From positions 23,183-87,182 of the IMG/VR virus record IMGVR_UViG_3300025096_000008: a DNA stretch of 64,000 nucleotides; one strand, 5' to 3'. Source of the stretch: a virus. Positions 9,880 through 19,494 of the stretch are shown in pieces (positions within the stretch are counted from its first letter, which is position 1; every line of letters starts with the position of its first letter). The notes below the pieces were generated by a model. The model saw only the letters and a list, made by a program, of their open reading frames with translations, was not told the origin of the DNA and did no database searches. Made by a program: the position numbers and the translations under genes.

Positions 9880-10527
9880 ATGAAAAAGATTATCAATGAA
9901 TGGCGACAATACTTGAACGAGTCATCTCTGTCTCGTGTATACCAGCATATTGGAGAGCATGACACGGCTATACTCACGGGCTTCCGTGGAGATCCATCTG
10001 ATACCTCCAGGTGTGTAGAAGGCTCAGCAGAGTATGAGGAAGAGGTAGAGGAAGTGAAGAAGGGTAGGGCGAAAAGCTCGAACATGCTTCGGAACCGAGA
10101 TGTGAAGGCTTCCTTATTGGCTAGCGGCTACGGAGTTACCAAAGTGGACGGCTCTTACATCGAAGACTTTGATACACCCTCGGCAATGGAAGTGTCGGAA
10201 GATAGCTTTTTCGTAGTCAACCTCAAAGATGATCCTTCTTTCGCTTCCAGAGTTGAGGAGATTGGTAAGAAGTTCTGCCAAGACTCCGTGTTAGTAATAC
10301 CAAAAGGCGGCAAGGGAGCATACTTGCTTGGCACTAACAACAGCGAATTCCCTGGGCTCGGACAACAAATATCCGTAGGGGATATAAAAATGGGCAAAGA
10401 GTCGGAATTTATGACCCGAGTCGGCAAACGTCCATTTACTTTCGCTGAAGGGCTGGAGACATATAGTGATCTCTCCAAGAACGAGCGAATGGCTGTAAAG
10501 AACATCGCCAAGAAAATTCTCTCGTAA
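9880..10527 (+). CDS. putative SAM lyase (T3 gp0.3-like) with an N-terminal capsid-targeting-like tag
   Basis: AILTGFR / NMLRNRDV / GSYIE / SEDSFFV / KFCQDSVLV match, in order, the T3 SAMase blocks as recalled; N-terminus MKKIINEWRQYLNE. Confidence 0.6.
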   Translation: MKKIINEWRQYLNESSLSRVYQHIGEHDTAILTGFRGDPSDTSRCVEGSAEYEEEVEEVKKGRAKSSNMLRNRDVKASLLASGYGVTKVDGSYIEDFDTPSAMEVSEDSFFVVNLKDDPSFASRVEEIGKKFCQDSVLVIPKGGKGAYLLGTNNSEFPGLGQQISVGDIKMGKESEFMTRVGKRPFTFAEGLETYSDLSKNERMAVKNIAKKILS

Positions 10528-10588
10528 AATCAACAACTTACAAATACTCAACAAATCTCTTGACAAGAGATTTGTGATATGATATACT
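10528..10588 (+). promoter_or_regulatory. IHF-consensus site plus sigma70 promoter of the polymerase gene
   Basis: AATCAACAACTTA (WATCAANNNNTTR) at 10528-10540; TTGACA 10560-10565, 17 bp, TATACT. Confidence 0.75.
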
Positions 10589-10622
10589 CCTATAACTAAC
10601 CCATTCCCAGGAGCTTTTTGAT

Positions 10623-13600
10623 ATGGAAAGAAAAGAATCAACGATTCCGTTCGTAGGATTACATGCCCACAGTGTCGCCAGTGTGTTTGATGGTCTTGGA
10701 TACCCGCAAGAACACATGGACTTTGCTTATGAGAACGGTATGGATGCCCTAGCTCTAACTGATCACGGCAATATGAACGGGCTGGCATATCAAGTGCTTC
10801 ATGCTAAAAAGATGAAAGAACAAGGTAAAGACTTTAAGCCAATTTTTGGTGTTGAGGCATACTTTATTCCGTCCGTATCGGAATGGCGAGATGACTATGA
10901 TCGAATCAAGAAAGAGCGAGCCGAGAGCAAAAAGCGGCAATCCAAGTTGAACGATGATGTATCCGGTGCGACTGTCGAAGATGAGGAAGAGACAAAGAAG
11001 GCTATCAAGAGCATCCTGAATAGGCGACGCCACTTGATTCTATTAGCCCAGAACCAAAAAGGGCTAAATAATATTTTTCAACTAATCAGCAAGAGCTACA
11101 AGGAAGAGAATTATTATCGCTTTCCTCGCCTAGATTTTGATATGCTACAGGAACACAACGAGGGGGTCATTGCTGCCTCCGCTTGCCTAGGTGGTGTATA
11201 TGCCGGAGACTTCTGGGAGAACCGAGAGGAAGGCTCTGAGGCAGTCAGAGAGGCAATGAGAAAGACAACATCGAGGATGGTGGACATCTTCGGCGACAGA
11301 TGGTATGCCGAGCTCCAATGGAACAGAATTGATGAACAGCATCAGCTAAACAAACATATTATCGAGGTAGCAAAAGAGTTTGATGTGAGCCTAATTAGTA
11401 CCGCTGATAGTCACTATCCAAGCCCCGATGTGTGGAAGCAGCGAGAGGTATACAAAAAGATCGGATGGCTAAAAAAAGGCGATGATGGCTCGGGAATCCC
11501 CGAGACAATCGACGAAATGGATTACCAGCTTTATCCCAAGAATGGTGATGAAATGTGGGCATCTTACAAGGGGTACTCAAAGGATTGTGGATATGAATAC
11601 AATGATAATCTGGTACGCGACTCTATTGCCGAGACATATAACATTGCCCATGAGAGAATATCTAGGTTTTTACCAGATAACCAGGTACGGCTTCCAAGTT
11701 TTGTGGTCCCCGAAGGTAAAACGCCAGCAGATACTCTCATTGAGTGTTCCACTGAGGGGCTCCGAGAAGCCGGTCTTGATAAGAAAGATGTTTATGTAAA
11801 TCGCCTAAACGAAGAGCTTGAGGTAATCAACACTAACGAGTTCTCTCAATACTTTCTTACGATGAAAGCAATTGCAGATATCGCCTCATCCAAGCAGCTC
11901 GTAGGTCCAGCCCGTGGTAGTGCGGCAGGCTCTCTTGTCGCTTATGTTCTGGGTATAACCCAAGTGGATCCGATAAAGTATGATCTTCTGTTCGAGCGTT
12001 TTATGACGAGGAACCAGAAGGATGTAGGCTTTCCCGACATCGACTATGATGTTTCAGATCCTTTTGAACTGAAAGAGGCTCTGATAGAAGAGTGGGGCGA
12101 CGATAAAGTTGTGCCCATCTCAAACTGGAACACCCTTCAACTAAAATCTCTGATAAAAGACATCAGCAAGATGCAGGGCATTCCCTTCAAGGAAGTGAAC
12201 TTAGTTACCAGTGTGATGATGAGAGAGGCAACCCCTTTGGCTAAAAAGGCGAAGGGCATGACGGCAGGCATGTATATTCCAGGCTTCGAGGAAGTGAAAG
12301 AATACAGCCCTACATTACAGGAGTTCTTTCGAAAGTATCCCGATGTAGAGACTAATGTTGATGTACTGTACGGTCAAGTGAGAAGCTGCTCTCGTCATGC
12401 TGGCGGAGTAGTTGTTGGAGACAATCTAGACCAGCATATGCCGATCATCAATAGTGGTGGTGTGAAACAGACTCCATGGAGCGAAGGGCAGAATGTCCGG
12501 CATCTAGAGCCCATGGGCTTCATTAAGTTTGATATCTTGGGACTAGCATCGCTTCGAATGATGGAGTCAGCAATCGTCCATGTTCTCAAGCGACACAAGG
12601 GTAATCCTGAACCCACTTTTGATGATGTGAAAGAATTCTACGACAAGAATCTTCACCCAACAGTTATCAACTTGGATGACCAGAATGTATACAAGAACAT
12701 CTTCGGGAGAGGAAAATGGGCAGGCATCTTCCAGTTTACTGAAGACGGAGCCCAAAGGTTTTGTAAGCATGTCAAGCCAAACAACATCGTTGATCTCTCT
12801 GCTATCACGAGTATCTATCGACCTGGACCTCTCTCCGCCAAAGTGGACAAGCATTACATCCAAGCAAAGAACAATCCTGATGAGATTGAATATGCTCACG
12901 AGATTGTCGAGGAAGTAACCAAGGAGACTTACGGGTTTCTTATCTTCCAGGAGCAAATAGCATTGCTAGCCCATCGCCTTGGTCACGACATCAGTCTAGA
13001 CGAAGGGAATATGCTTCGTAAGATTTTGACCAAGCGAGGCTCTGGGAAAGACAAACTCAAAGAGGATATCCACAATCGGTTCATCACGGGATGTTTAGAG
13101 AAAGACATGAGAGCAGACAAGGCTCAAAGACTATGGGATACATTTGAGTTCTTCTCAGGGTATGGATTCAACAAGTCTCATGCCTTGAGCTACAGCATCC
13201 TATCGTTTCAGTGTGCTTGGCTGCTGAACTACTATCCTTCCGAGTGGATGGCAGCATTCCTAGACAAGGAGCCAGAAGCACGAAAAGAGAAGGCTATCAA
13301 CATAGCACGAAGTATGGGATTCGATATTGAGAAGCTCAATGTAAATACTAGCGGCTTCACTTGGGAAATCAACGAAGATGGCAACACACTAATCCAGCCG
13401 CTTTCGAGCATCAAGGGCTTGGGGAGTACAGCCATCAAAGAGATAATGACCCACCGACCATTCAATACGGTGGAGGATTTCCTCTTCAACGATAGGATGC
13501 TCTACTCAAAGGTAAACAAGAAGAGCATCGATGCACTTGCTCGTTCTCAGGCGATGAACGAACTTATTGACGATAGGTTTAGTGGGATGAGGCACTTCTG

Positions 13601-14057
13601 GATGGCGATAGCCAATGATCGTCCGAGAAAAGAGAAGAATCTTGTAGAGAACATAGAGAAGTATGTTAGTGAAGGAGACTTCACCCCAGAGGAGAAGCTT
13701 GACTACCTTATCGACTTGACTGGGTTATTCCCATTCGAGCTTGTTATGACCAAGGAAGTAGAGCGACGATTGGAAGAGGTTGCTGTCCCTCCCATCAGCG
13801 AGTATGATCCGGGGCTAGGAATTGTGTGGTTTATTCCCAGGAAAGTAGTGGAGAAAAAGACGAAGCACGGCAAGGATTGGTGGCTCATAGAAGCCATAGA
13901 CAAGAACAGCACTGTGACAGCAATAAAGTGCTGGGGAGTCAGGAAGGGCTCTGACAGTGTACAGCTAAACCGCCCCTACATGGCACGACTAGATCACGAT
14001 CCGGTATGGGGATTTAGCACAAGAAGCATCAGGCATTCTTTTAGAATGCTAGGGTAA
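10623..14057 (+). CDS. dnaE: family C DNA polymerase (Pol III alpha-like)
   Basis: PHP domain HAHS..DG, TDHGNM; RGSAAGSLVAY; FPDIDYD; HAGGVV; KFDILGL; YGFNKSH. Confidence 0.97.
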   Translation: MERKESTIPFVGLHAHSVASVFDGLGYPQEHMDFAYENGMDALALTDHGNMNGLAYQVLHAKKMKEQGKDFKPIFGVEAYFIPSVSEWRDDYDRIKKERAESKKRQSKLNDDVSGATVEDEEETKKAIKSILNRRRHLILLAQNQKGLNNIFQLISKSYKEENYYRFPRLDFDMLQEHNEGVIAASACLGGVYAGDFWENREEGSEAVREAMRKTTSRMVDIFGDRWYAELQWNRIDEQHQLNKHIIEVAKEFDVSLISTADSHYPSPDVWKQREVYKKIGWLKKGDDGSGIPETIDEMDYQLYPKNGDEMWASYKGYSKDCGYEYNDNLVRDSIAETYNIAHERISRFLPDNQVRLPSFVVPEGKTPADTLIECSTEGLREAGLDKKDVYVNRLNEELEVINTNEFSQYFLTMKAIADIASSKQLVGPARGSAAGSLVAYVLGITQVDPIKYDLLFERFMTRNQKDVGFPDIDYDVSDPFELKEALIEEWGDDKVVPISNWNTLQLKSLIKDISKMQGIPFKEVNLVTSVMMREATPLAKKAKGMTAGMYIPGFEEVKEYSPTLQEFFRKYPDVETNVDVLYGQVRSCSRHAGGVVVGDNLDQHMPIINSGGVKQTPWSEGQNVRHLEPMGFIKFDILGLASLRMMESAIVHVLKRHKGNPEPTFDDVKEFYDKNLHPTVINLDDQNVYKNIFGRGKWAGIFQFTEDGAQRFCKHVKPNNIVDLSAITSIYRPGPLSAKVDKHYIQAKNNPDEIEYAHEIVEEVTKETYGFLIFQEQIALLAHRLGHDISLDEGNMLRKILTKRGSGKDKLKEDIHNRFITGCLEKDMRADKAQRLWDTFEFFSGYGFNKSHALSYSILSFQCAWLLNYYPSEWMAAFLDKEPEARKEKAINIARSMGFDIEKLNVNTSGFTWEINEDGNTLIQPLSSIKGLGSTAIKEIMTHRPFNTVEDFLFNDRMLYSKVNKKSIDALARSQAMNELIDDRFSGMRHFWMAIANDRPRKEKNLVENIEKYVSEGDFTPEEKLDYLIDLTGLFPFELVMTKEVERRLEEVAVPPISEYDPGLGIVWFIPRKVVEKKTKHGKDWWLIEAIDKNSTVTAIKCWGVRKGSDSVQLNRPYMARLDHDPVWGFSTRSIRHSFRMLG

Positions 14058-14117
14058 AAAAACATTAATATTGTTTCTCTCCCGTATTTTATACTTGAGA
14101 GATAAAAGGAGTAAATT

Positions 14118-14294
14118 ATGAAAAAAATTATAGTAGCAGGCATTTTGTCCTTGACAGGATGTATCGAAGATGATAGAGTAAGATGTACCGACTTGGACGG
14201 TGGATTGCCCGATGCTGGAGCCGCCAGCGACGCTGGTTGTGTAGATGAAGAAATCATCGCATTTCCAGATATGGTAGTCCACATGGAGCGATAG
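14118..14294 (+). CDS. small lipoprotein (58 aa, absent from the ORF track)
   Basis: MKKIIVAGILSLTGC lipobox; DGGLPDAG..SDAG motifs; AGGAG RBS. Confidence 0.7.
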   Translation: MKKIIVAGILSLTGCIEDDRVRCTDLDGGLPDAGAASDAGCVDEEIIAFPDMVVHMER

Positions 14295-14304
14295 GAGAAA
14301 GAAA

Positions 14305-14478
14305 ATGATTAGAATGGAATTAGTAAGCGACCCGAACAACTATGAGGATAAATTTGTCCGGGTAGAAGTTGATAATGAAGTTTCCGTATACCGACAGATC
14401 GAGTTTGAGCTTGATGTCGAAGGCAGCAAGAAGATTGTCGTGCCTCGCCAAACACCCTTCTATCAAGTAAAGGATTAG
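14305..14478 (+). CDS. hypothetical protein (57 aa)
   Basis: AGGAG RBS; fills the gap before dUTPase. Confidence 0.55.
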   Translation: MIRMELVSDPNNYEDKFVRVEVDNEVSVYRQIEFELDVEGSKKIVVPRQTPFYQVKD

Positions 14479-14486
14479 GGGAAAAA

Positions 14487-15017
14487 ATGATACTAGAATA
14501 TGTAAGAGTAAGAGAAGATGCTTTGCCCCCCGAACGGGCAAACCCGAGTGATGCAGGGCTCGATTTGTTTTTCAATCCAGAAAACAAAGAGTCGATTTCA
14601 ATCGAGCCCGGTCAAAGCAAGCTGTTTCAGACAGGCTACAAGTTTGGTATTCCTCACGGATACTGCTTGGAGGTGAAGAACCGCTCTGGCAATGCTTCCA
14701 AGAAGAATCTGCTGGTCGGAGCCTGTGTTATCGACCCAGGCTACGATGGCGAAGTCTTTGTCAACCTACACAATGTTGGCACAGAACAGAGGCAAATCAG
14801 CCCAGGTGATAAAATTGCCCAGGTGGTGATGTATCCGATTGTCCACTTCAAGGCATTCGAGAAGCATGACCAAGATTTGTATAACTACTATCCAATAGCG
14901 ATGAGTGATCGTAAGGATGGCGCACTTGGGAGCACCGACAACAAGAAGCAGGATCTGCTTTCGAAGCTTCCTGTGTATGCTGATATGTGCTTCGACTTCG
15001 AAGGGGAGCGGTCTTGA
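14487..15017 (+). CDS. dut: trimeric dUTPase
   Basis: AGLDL, RSG, IDPGYDGE, KIAQ, RKDGALGST. Confidence 0.95.
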   Translation: MILEYVRVREDALPPERANPSDAGLDLFFNPENKESISIEPGQSKLFQTGYKFGIPHGYCLEVKNRSGNASKKNLLVGACVIDPGYDGEVFVNLHNVGTEQRQISPGDKIAQVVMYPIVHFKAFEKHDQDLYNYYPIAMSDRKDGALGSTDNKKQDLLSKLPVYADMCFDFEGERS

Positions 15018-15290
15018 GCGACAAAAAACATTATGATGGCATCTTTTTGATAATAATAGCATCATTAGCAGGCTTCATTATCACAGCCCTCCTTTTTTCA
15101 GCTTTCACGGCTCCAATGGGGCTTGAGCGAATGTGTGAGGAGTTCAATGATGCCGGAGAATGATTGGCTGGGAGTAGACTTTCTACTCTTAGCAGCGGAG
15201 ACACTGATGCCCTGGGCATTTGTTGGAATCTTCATATGGACTATAGCCAAATATTATAGAAAATAATAGTCACAAGAAAAGGGATAGAAA

Positions 15291-15770
15291 ATGGATAAGA
15301 ATACAAAAAAGGTTATGTTTAGCAGTAAAGATATGAGTTGGGAAACTCCTCAAAAGTTGTTCGATAAGCTAGACGAGGAGTTCAGCTTTGATTTGGATCC
15401 CTGTGCCTCCAACGACAATGCTAAATGTAAGAACTTCTTTACGGAGGACGACGACGGACTAGCACAGTCTTGGGGACCGAACAAGTCAATATTTGTCAAC
15501 CCACCATATGGCAAGGCGATAAAGAGCTGGGTAAAAAAGGCTTACGACGAGAGTCGAAAAGAAAAAACTACTGTCGTAATGCTAATACCTTCTCGAACTG
15601 ATACATCGTATTGGCACGAGTATTGTATGAAAGCCGCCGAGATCTACTTCATAAAAGGGCGAATCAAATTTAGCGATAGCAGTATGTCAGCCCCATTTCC
15701 GTCTGCAGTTGTTGTTTTTCGGGACCACTGGAAGCAACAAAACCCGCTGATGGGAGCGATCACCAGGTAA
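15291..15770 (+). CDS. phage N6-adenine DNA methyltransferase (phage Dam family)
   Basis: WETPQ, FDLDPCA, DGL..SW, FVNPPY, LIPSRTDT.YWH, GRIKF, APFPS. Confidence 0.9.
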   Translation: MDKNTKKVMFSSKDMSWETPQKLFDKLDEEFSFDLDPCASNDNAKCKNFFTEDDDGLAQSWGPNKSIFVNPPYGKAIKSWVKKAYDESRKEKTTVVMLIPSRTDTSYWHEYCMKAAEIYFIKGRIKFSDSSMSAPFPSAVVVFRDHWKQQNPLMGAITR

Positions 15771-15785
15771 AAATACTACTTATTT

Positions 15786-16466
15786 ATGGTGTCTAGAGTT
15801 TTTACCCTCCCCATCGTGTTATTAGCAGCCATATTTTTCCTGGGTGCTGGGTGTGTATCTCTTGGCGAAGATGTTAAAGTTCGACCTGCTTCCTGTGAGG
15901 AAAAGAGCGAGATAACGAGGATACCAGGATGGGATATGTCCTATCAGATAGAACCATCCTGTAGCCTCCCGGATCCAGCCGACACATCGCTAGCATTACA
16001 TGTTTTCTACATGGAGTGGTATAAAAGATTCGGAGATAAGTCGAACATCGTGCTCAAGAACTTGAACAGGATGACTATTGAGTGGCGACTAGAAAAGATG
16101 GTATTCAACAATGGCTACCGGATGGACGGCACTTTCATAGAGCAAGGGACAGCAATTGGACTTACATTAGATAAAGATTATGTCGTTGTTTATTTAGGTC
16201 CAGGAGAAAAAGTACCAGACACATCTCTGATTCACGAACTTGTCCATGCCTCGATAAGGGTTCTCTCTCCAGATAATCGAGGAGACCCAGACCACGAAGG
16301 TGGCATATACCCTGGATGGACAGAAAACCATACACGACTCATAAAAGAAGCAAACGAAATTTTAAAATTGATGGATTTAAGAAATGCCGAAAAAGATAAA
16401 AAAGACTACGAAGTCTTCCAAACGAGCGAAAAAAGACCTACAACAAAAAATGAACATGTTCGATAG
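15786..16466 (+). CDS. lipoprotein with a zincin HExxH motif
   Basis: LGAGC lipobox; SLIHELVH...GDPDH; late motif at 15775. Confidence 0.6.
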   Translation: MVSRVFTLPIVLLAAIFFLGAGCVSLGEDVKVRPASCEEKSEITRIPGWDMSYQIEPSCSLPDPADTSLALHVFYMEWYKRFGDKSNIVLKNLNRMTIEWRLEKMVFNNGYRMDGTFIEQGTAIGLTLDKDYVVVYLGPGEKVPDTSLIHELVHASIRVLSPDNRGDPDHEGGIYPGWTENHTRLIKEANEILKLMDLRNAEKDKKDYEVFQTSEKRPTTKNEHVR

Positions 16467-16641
16467 ATTACCAGACGAGTGTAGTGCTTGTTTGAAATCG
16501 TTCGACAAAAAAGACAAGGAGATGGTGAAGTCCTGGCATGTAGTGGTAAAGAATGACGAGAATGTGGTCAGGCTTTATTGTACAAGTTGCTGGAAGGCAG
16601 CCACCTCGGTTGTTGAAGATTTCGAATCGGGCATAAAGTGA
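16384..16641 (+). CDS. zinc-finger hypothetical protein
   Basis: CSAC...CTSC; overlaps the previous ORF by 83 nt. Confidence 0.6.
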   Translation: MPKKIKKTTKSSKRAKKDLQQKMNMFDRLPDECSACLKSFDKKDKEMVKSWHVVVKNDENVVRLYCTSCWKAATSVVEDFESGIK

Positions 16642-16940
16642 TCATCGGGTTCGAGGACGAAGACACCACTTATGCTAAGCTACTTACCAAGCTTAAGCAT
16701 GAGGGCATCACAAAGAGACAGTTTTTCAGAGGAGTTGTATCTTCTTTCCTGGAAGATGACCCGAAGTTTGCCGACTACATAATAGAGTTCAAAAAAAAGA
16801 AGCATCTTTTTGTAAAAAGTAAGCAGAAAATACTTGACAAAGAGAAACAAATATCCGATAATACAAAGAGAAAGTTTAGACTATCAGAAGATGAGATAGA
16901 AGGCTTGTTCGACATGTTTGAAGAGGAAATGGACATATGA
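16638..16940 (+). CDS. hypothetical protein
   Basis: Translationally coupled overlaps on both sides. Confidence 0.6.
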   Translation: MIIGFEDEDTTYAKLLTKLKHEGITKRQFFRGVVSSFLEDDPKFADYIIEFKKKKHLFVKSKQKILDKEKQISDNTKRKFRLSEDEIEGLFDMFEEEMDI

Positions 16941-17173
16941 AGGACTGCGCTAAGAAATGCTACACATCGGGCGACATGTGTCTGAAAGAGGATTGTAGGC
17001 TGTGGATAGAGCACAAAGAGGATAACAACTGTGTAGCGATATCCATAGAGAAGAACGGAGAAATGACTCTCCACCAGATTTCTGAAAGGCTGGGAGTTAG
17101 TTATGTGAGAGTGAAGCAAATACAAGATAAGGCACTAAACAAGCTTAATAAAAGATTGCTTGTTATAGAGTGA
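16937..17173 (+). CDS. stand-alone sigma70 region-4 HTH protein with a Cys-rich N-terminus
   Basis: MTLHQISERLGVSYVRVKQIQDKALNKL resembles region 4.2. Confidence 0.75.
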   Translation: MKDCAKKCYTSGDMCLKEDCRLWIEHKEDNNCVAISIEKNGEMTLHQISERLGVSYVRVKQIQDKALNKLNKRLLVIE

Positions 17174-17271
17174 TAAAAAGGGATTTTTGCCTTTCTGAAC
17201 ACTATTTATAGATGATTTAAAGTTTCTTTATCGCCACAAAGGCGAATTAATATTCATAGGGAGAGAGAGTT

Positions 17272-17826
17272 ATGTCTAAGAAAACGTTGCTAGAAGAAGG
17301 TTCAGTCCGTCATTTTATGAAACTGGCTAGCCTACAACCACTAGCTGAAGAGTTCGTATCGGATTTGTACAAGGAAGAAGTAGTCGAAGAGGCTGCTGAC
17401 GAAACAGAGGAAGTCGCCGAAGCAGTTGAAGCTGATACGGCAGAAGTTGTTGACGAAGATGTGACCGAAGAAGTCGTTAGTGAAGAAGAGCCAGCCCCTG
17501 AGATGGACATGGAAGCAGAAGAGCCAGCCCCTGAGATGGACATGGAAGCAGAAGAGCTCTCCATCACTCCAGAAGAGGCTGAAATTCTTGTGAAGCTCGG
17601 GCAAAAGATTGCTGCCGCCGGCACCGAAGAGGCTCCTGCCGAAGACGAGATGGAAATGGATTCCGAGCTAGAGGCACCCGCTGACGACATGGGCGGAGAA
17701 GAGATGGAAATGGCTTCCGAGGAAGAGGAAGAAGCTCCTGCCATGAGAGATATGTATGAGAACCTAGATGACTTGGTAGCCGAGGTTAGCAAGCGAGTAA
17801 AAGAACGACTAGCCGCTAAACAATAA
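17272..17826 (+). CDS. highly acidic protein, prohead scaffold/core-like
   Basis: Glu-rich low-complexity body with amphipathic ends; ACTATTTAT at 17201; own terminator. Confidence 0.55.
   Translation: MSKKTLLEEGSVRHFMKLASLQPLAEEFVSDLYKEEVVEEAADETEEVAEAVEADTAEVVDEDVTEEVVSEEEPAPEMDMEAEEPAPEMDMEAEELSITPEEAEILVKLGQKIAAAGTEEAPAEDEMEMDSELEAPADDMGGEEMEMASEEEEEAPAMRDMYENLDDLVAEVSKRVKERLAAKQ
17485..17556 (+). repeat. 33-bp in-frame tandem duplication (EEPAPEMDMEA x2)
   Basis: gaagagccagcccctgagatggacatggaagca occurs twice exactly. Confidence 0.95.
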
Positions 17827-17849
17827 GCTATACATCTAGAAGAAGATGG

Positions 17850-17888
17850 AAAAAACCACCTGCATCCCTTTGAGCAGGTGGTTTTTTT
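17850..17888. terminator. bidirectional intrinsic terminator
   Basis: AAAAACCACCTGC-loop-GCAGGTGGTTTTT. Confidence 0.85.
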
Positions 17889-17960
17889 GCTTGACAAGCT
17901 TGAAAAGAAGTTTTATAATCTTTCTGAACTATTTATTTTGAATATGGGAAGTTATTTATC

Positions 17961-18149
17961 ATGGTCGAGTTTTCTAGAAAGTTATGGTACAAGACAGTGC
18001 TACACACCCTACAGAAGAAATATGATCGGCAGTGGAACAGATGTCTTAAACTGAGAGGCTCCGGTCAGATCGGCAAGATGGCAACTGAATTTTTGAAAAG
18101 CGAGGAAATACGGACCAGAATTGAGTCCGAAAGGAAGAAGATGAAATGA
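17961..18149 (+). CDS. hypothetical protein
   Basis: Follows a sigma70 promoter (17891-17919) and a late motif (17928). Confidence 0.55.
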   Translation: MVEFSRKLWYKTVLHTLQKKYDRQWNRCLKLRGSGQIGKMATEFLKSEEIRTRIESERKKMK

Positions 18150-19420
18150 AGAAAGAATCTAAGCTATTGTTGGAATTTATCGACGAAGAGATGGAGGCAA
18201 TCGCCCCTTCAAAGGCTCGCCTTTTGAGAGAGGCTACTGAGGGCATGGGACTACACGATCTAGCGAGCTCGGGGCAGACCAAAGCATCGGCAGATGGATA
18301 TGATTGTAGGCAGGATAAAGTAAACAGAGGAGACATCGTTGAGGGCATTGTGGCTGCAGCCATCGCTGCTTCTTTTTATAACAAAGGTGAGCCAGTTAAG
18401 GCAGGGCAGATCTTCTGGTGGCTCAAAGAAGGGGCAGGAGTTTTCGAGCTTCCAGGGCACCCCCACATCTCGATTGATTTCACTTCCAAGGTGGCTGGTG
18501 GTGGAGACTCTCACTTAGAAGATGTTAGATTTGTCCCGTGCCTAATCGGAGAATACGAGGGGGCACTAAGTTATGTGAACGATTATGCTGCTGGCATAGT
18601 TAAAGAGACAATAGAAGGGATTAATCGAGCTAAGAGTAAGTCGCCCCATACGATTTATATCGGAGCGGACGGAACTTCTGACCAAAAAGGGTCAAAGGCT
18701 GATGTAAAAGTGCTTCTGGATGATGAGCCTATAGCTGGCTTGAAGCCTCTGAGCCTGAAAGTAAAGGGTGGCGAGCAATTTTTTCAAGTGGCAGTCACCA
18801 ATCCTGTTGCCGGCATTGACAAAATGTTTAACGATACCCTAAAGCTAGGTATTAGTGTTCCAGGCTTCAAAAAATACTATGACAATGAGCCAGGCTGGAA
18901 AACTCAATATTCTGCTAGAATTTCCCAGGAAAATGCTGAGAAAGATCCTAGGATGAAACGTTTTCTAGAGAAAGCAATCTCCGAGTATAAGAATGTTTAT
19001 AAAAAAGCAGAAGAAGAGCTCAGCCAGCTTCTGAAGGTTCCAGAGTACATAAAAACGACATTAGCTAGTGCGATTGTAGAGGGAATGGTTGGAAAAGAGG
19101 ACATAGTTATGCTAAAGATTGATAACCGAGCGGGACGATACTTTGTGAGGAATAGGGAGGCGATATCTAAGCTGGCTGAAAAAGATGTTTTCGACTTTAA
19201 AACTGAGCTTGTCGGTGAAAAAGGCTGGCCAGAGATAAAGGTTAATGTCGTCAACAAAACGACAGGCAAAGAGTATGAACTTCTCAAGATCAGACCCAGA
19301 GCAGACAGTGCTAAGAGCAGTTCAGGCAAATATTCTCCTTGGTTCCGACATCTAATGTCAACGGGATCTGGATTTTTCGATTTCGACGAAGATGTTGAAA
19401 GGCAAATTTCCGCTTCCTGA
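18146..19420 (+). CDS. PD-(D/E)xK nuclease-like protein with a tag-like N-terminus
   Basis: RGDIVEG...KADVKV...LSLK; N-terminus MKKESKLLLEFIDEEM. Confidence 0.5.
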   Translation: MKKESKLLLEFIDEEMEAIAPSKARLLREATEGMGLHDLASSGQTKASADGYDCRQDKVNRGDIVEGIVAAAIAASFYNKGEPVKAGQIFWWLKEGAGVFELPGHPHISIDFTSKVAGGGDSHLEDVRFVPCLIGEYEGALSYVNDYAAGIVKETIEGINRAKSKSPHTIYIGADGTSDQKGSKADVKVLLDDEPIAGLKPLSLKVKGGEQFFQVAVTNPVAGIDKMFNDTLKLGISVPGFKKYYDNEPGWKTQYSARISQENAEKDPRMKRFLEKAISEYKNVYKKAEEELSQLLKVPEYIKTTLASAIVEGMVGKEDIVMLKIDNRAGRYFVRNREAISKLAEKDVFDFKTELVGEKGWPEIKVNVVNKTTGKEYELLKIRPRADSAKSSSGKYSPWFRHLMSTGSGFFDFDEDVERQISAS

Positions 19421-19494
19421 CGAAAAATAATCCTTGACTTTCTAAATAATACGGTTATAATACTAAGAGAGATTTTTCTTTTCTCGGAGGATAC

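Noticed and set aside
1317-14057. Inteins or introns in UvsX, helicase, RNR or DnaE
   Set aside because: Lengths are normal, motifs are contiguous, and no splice-junction motifs were seen
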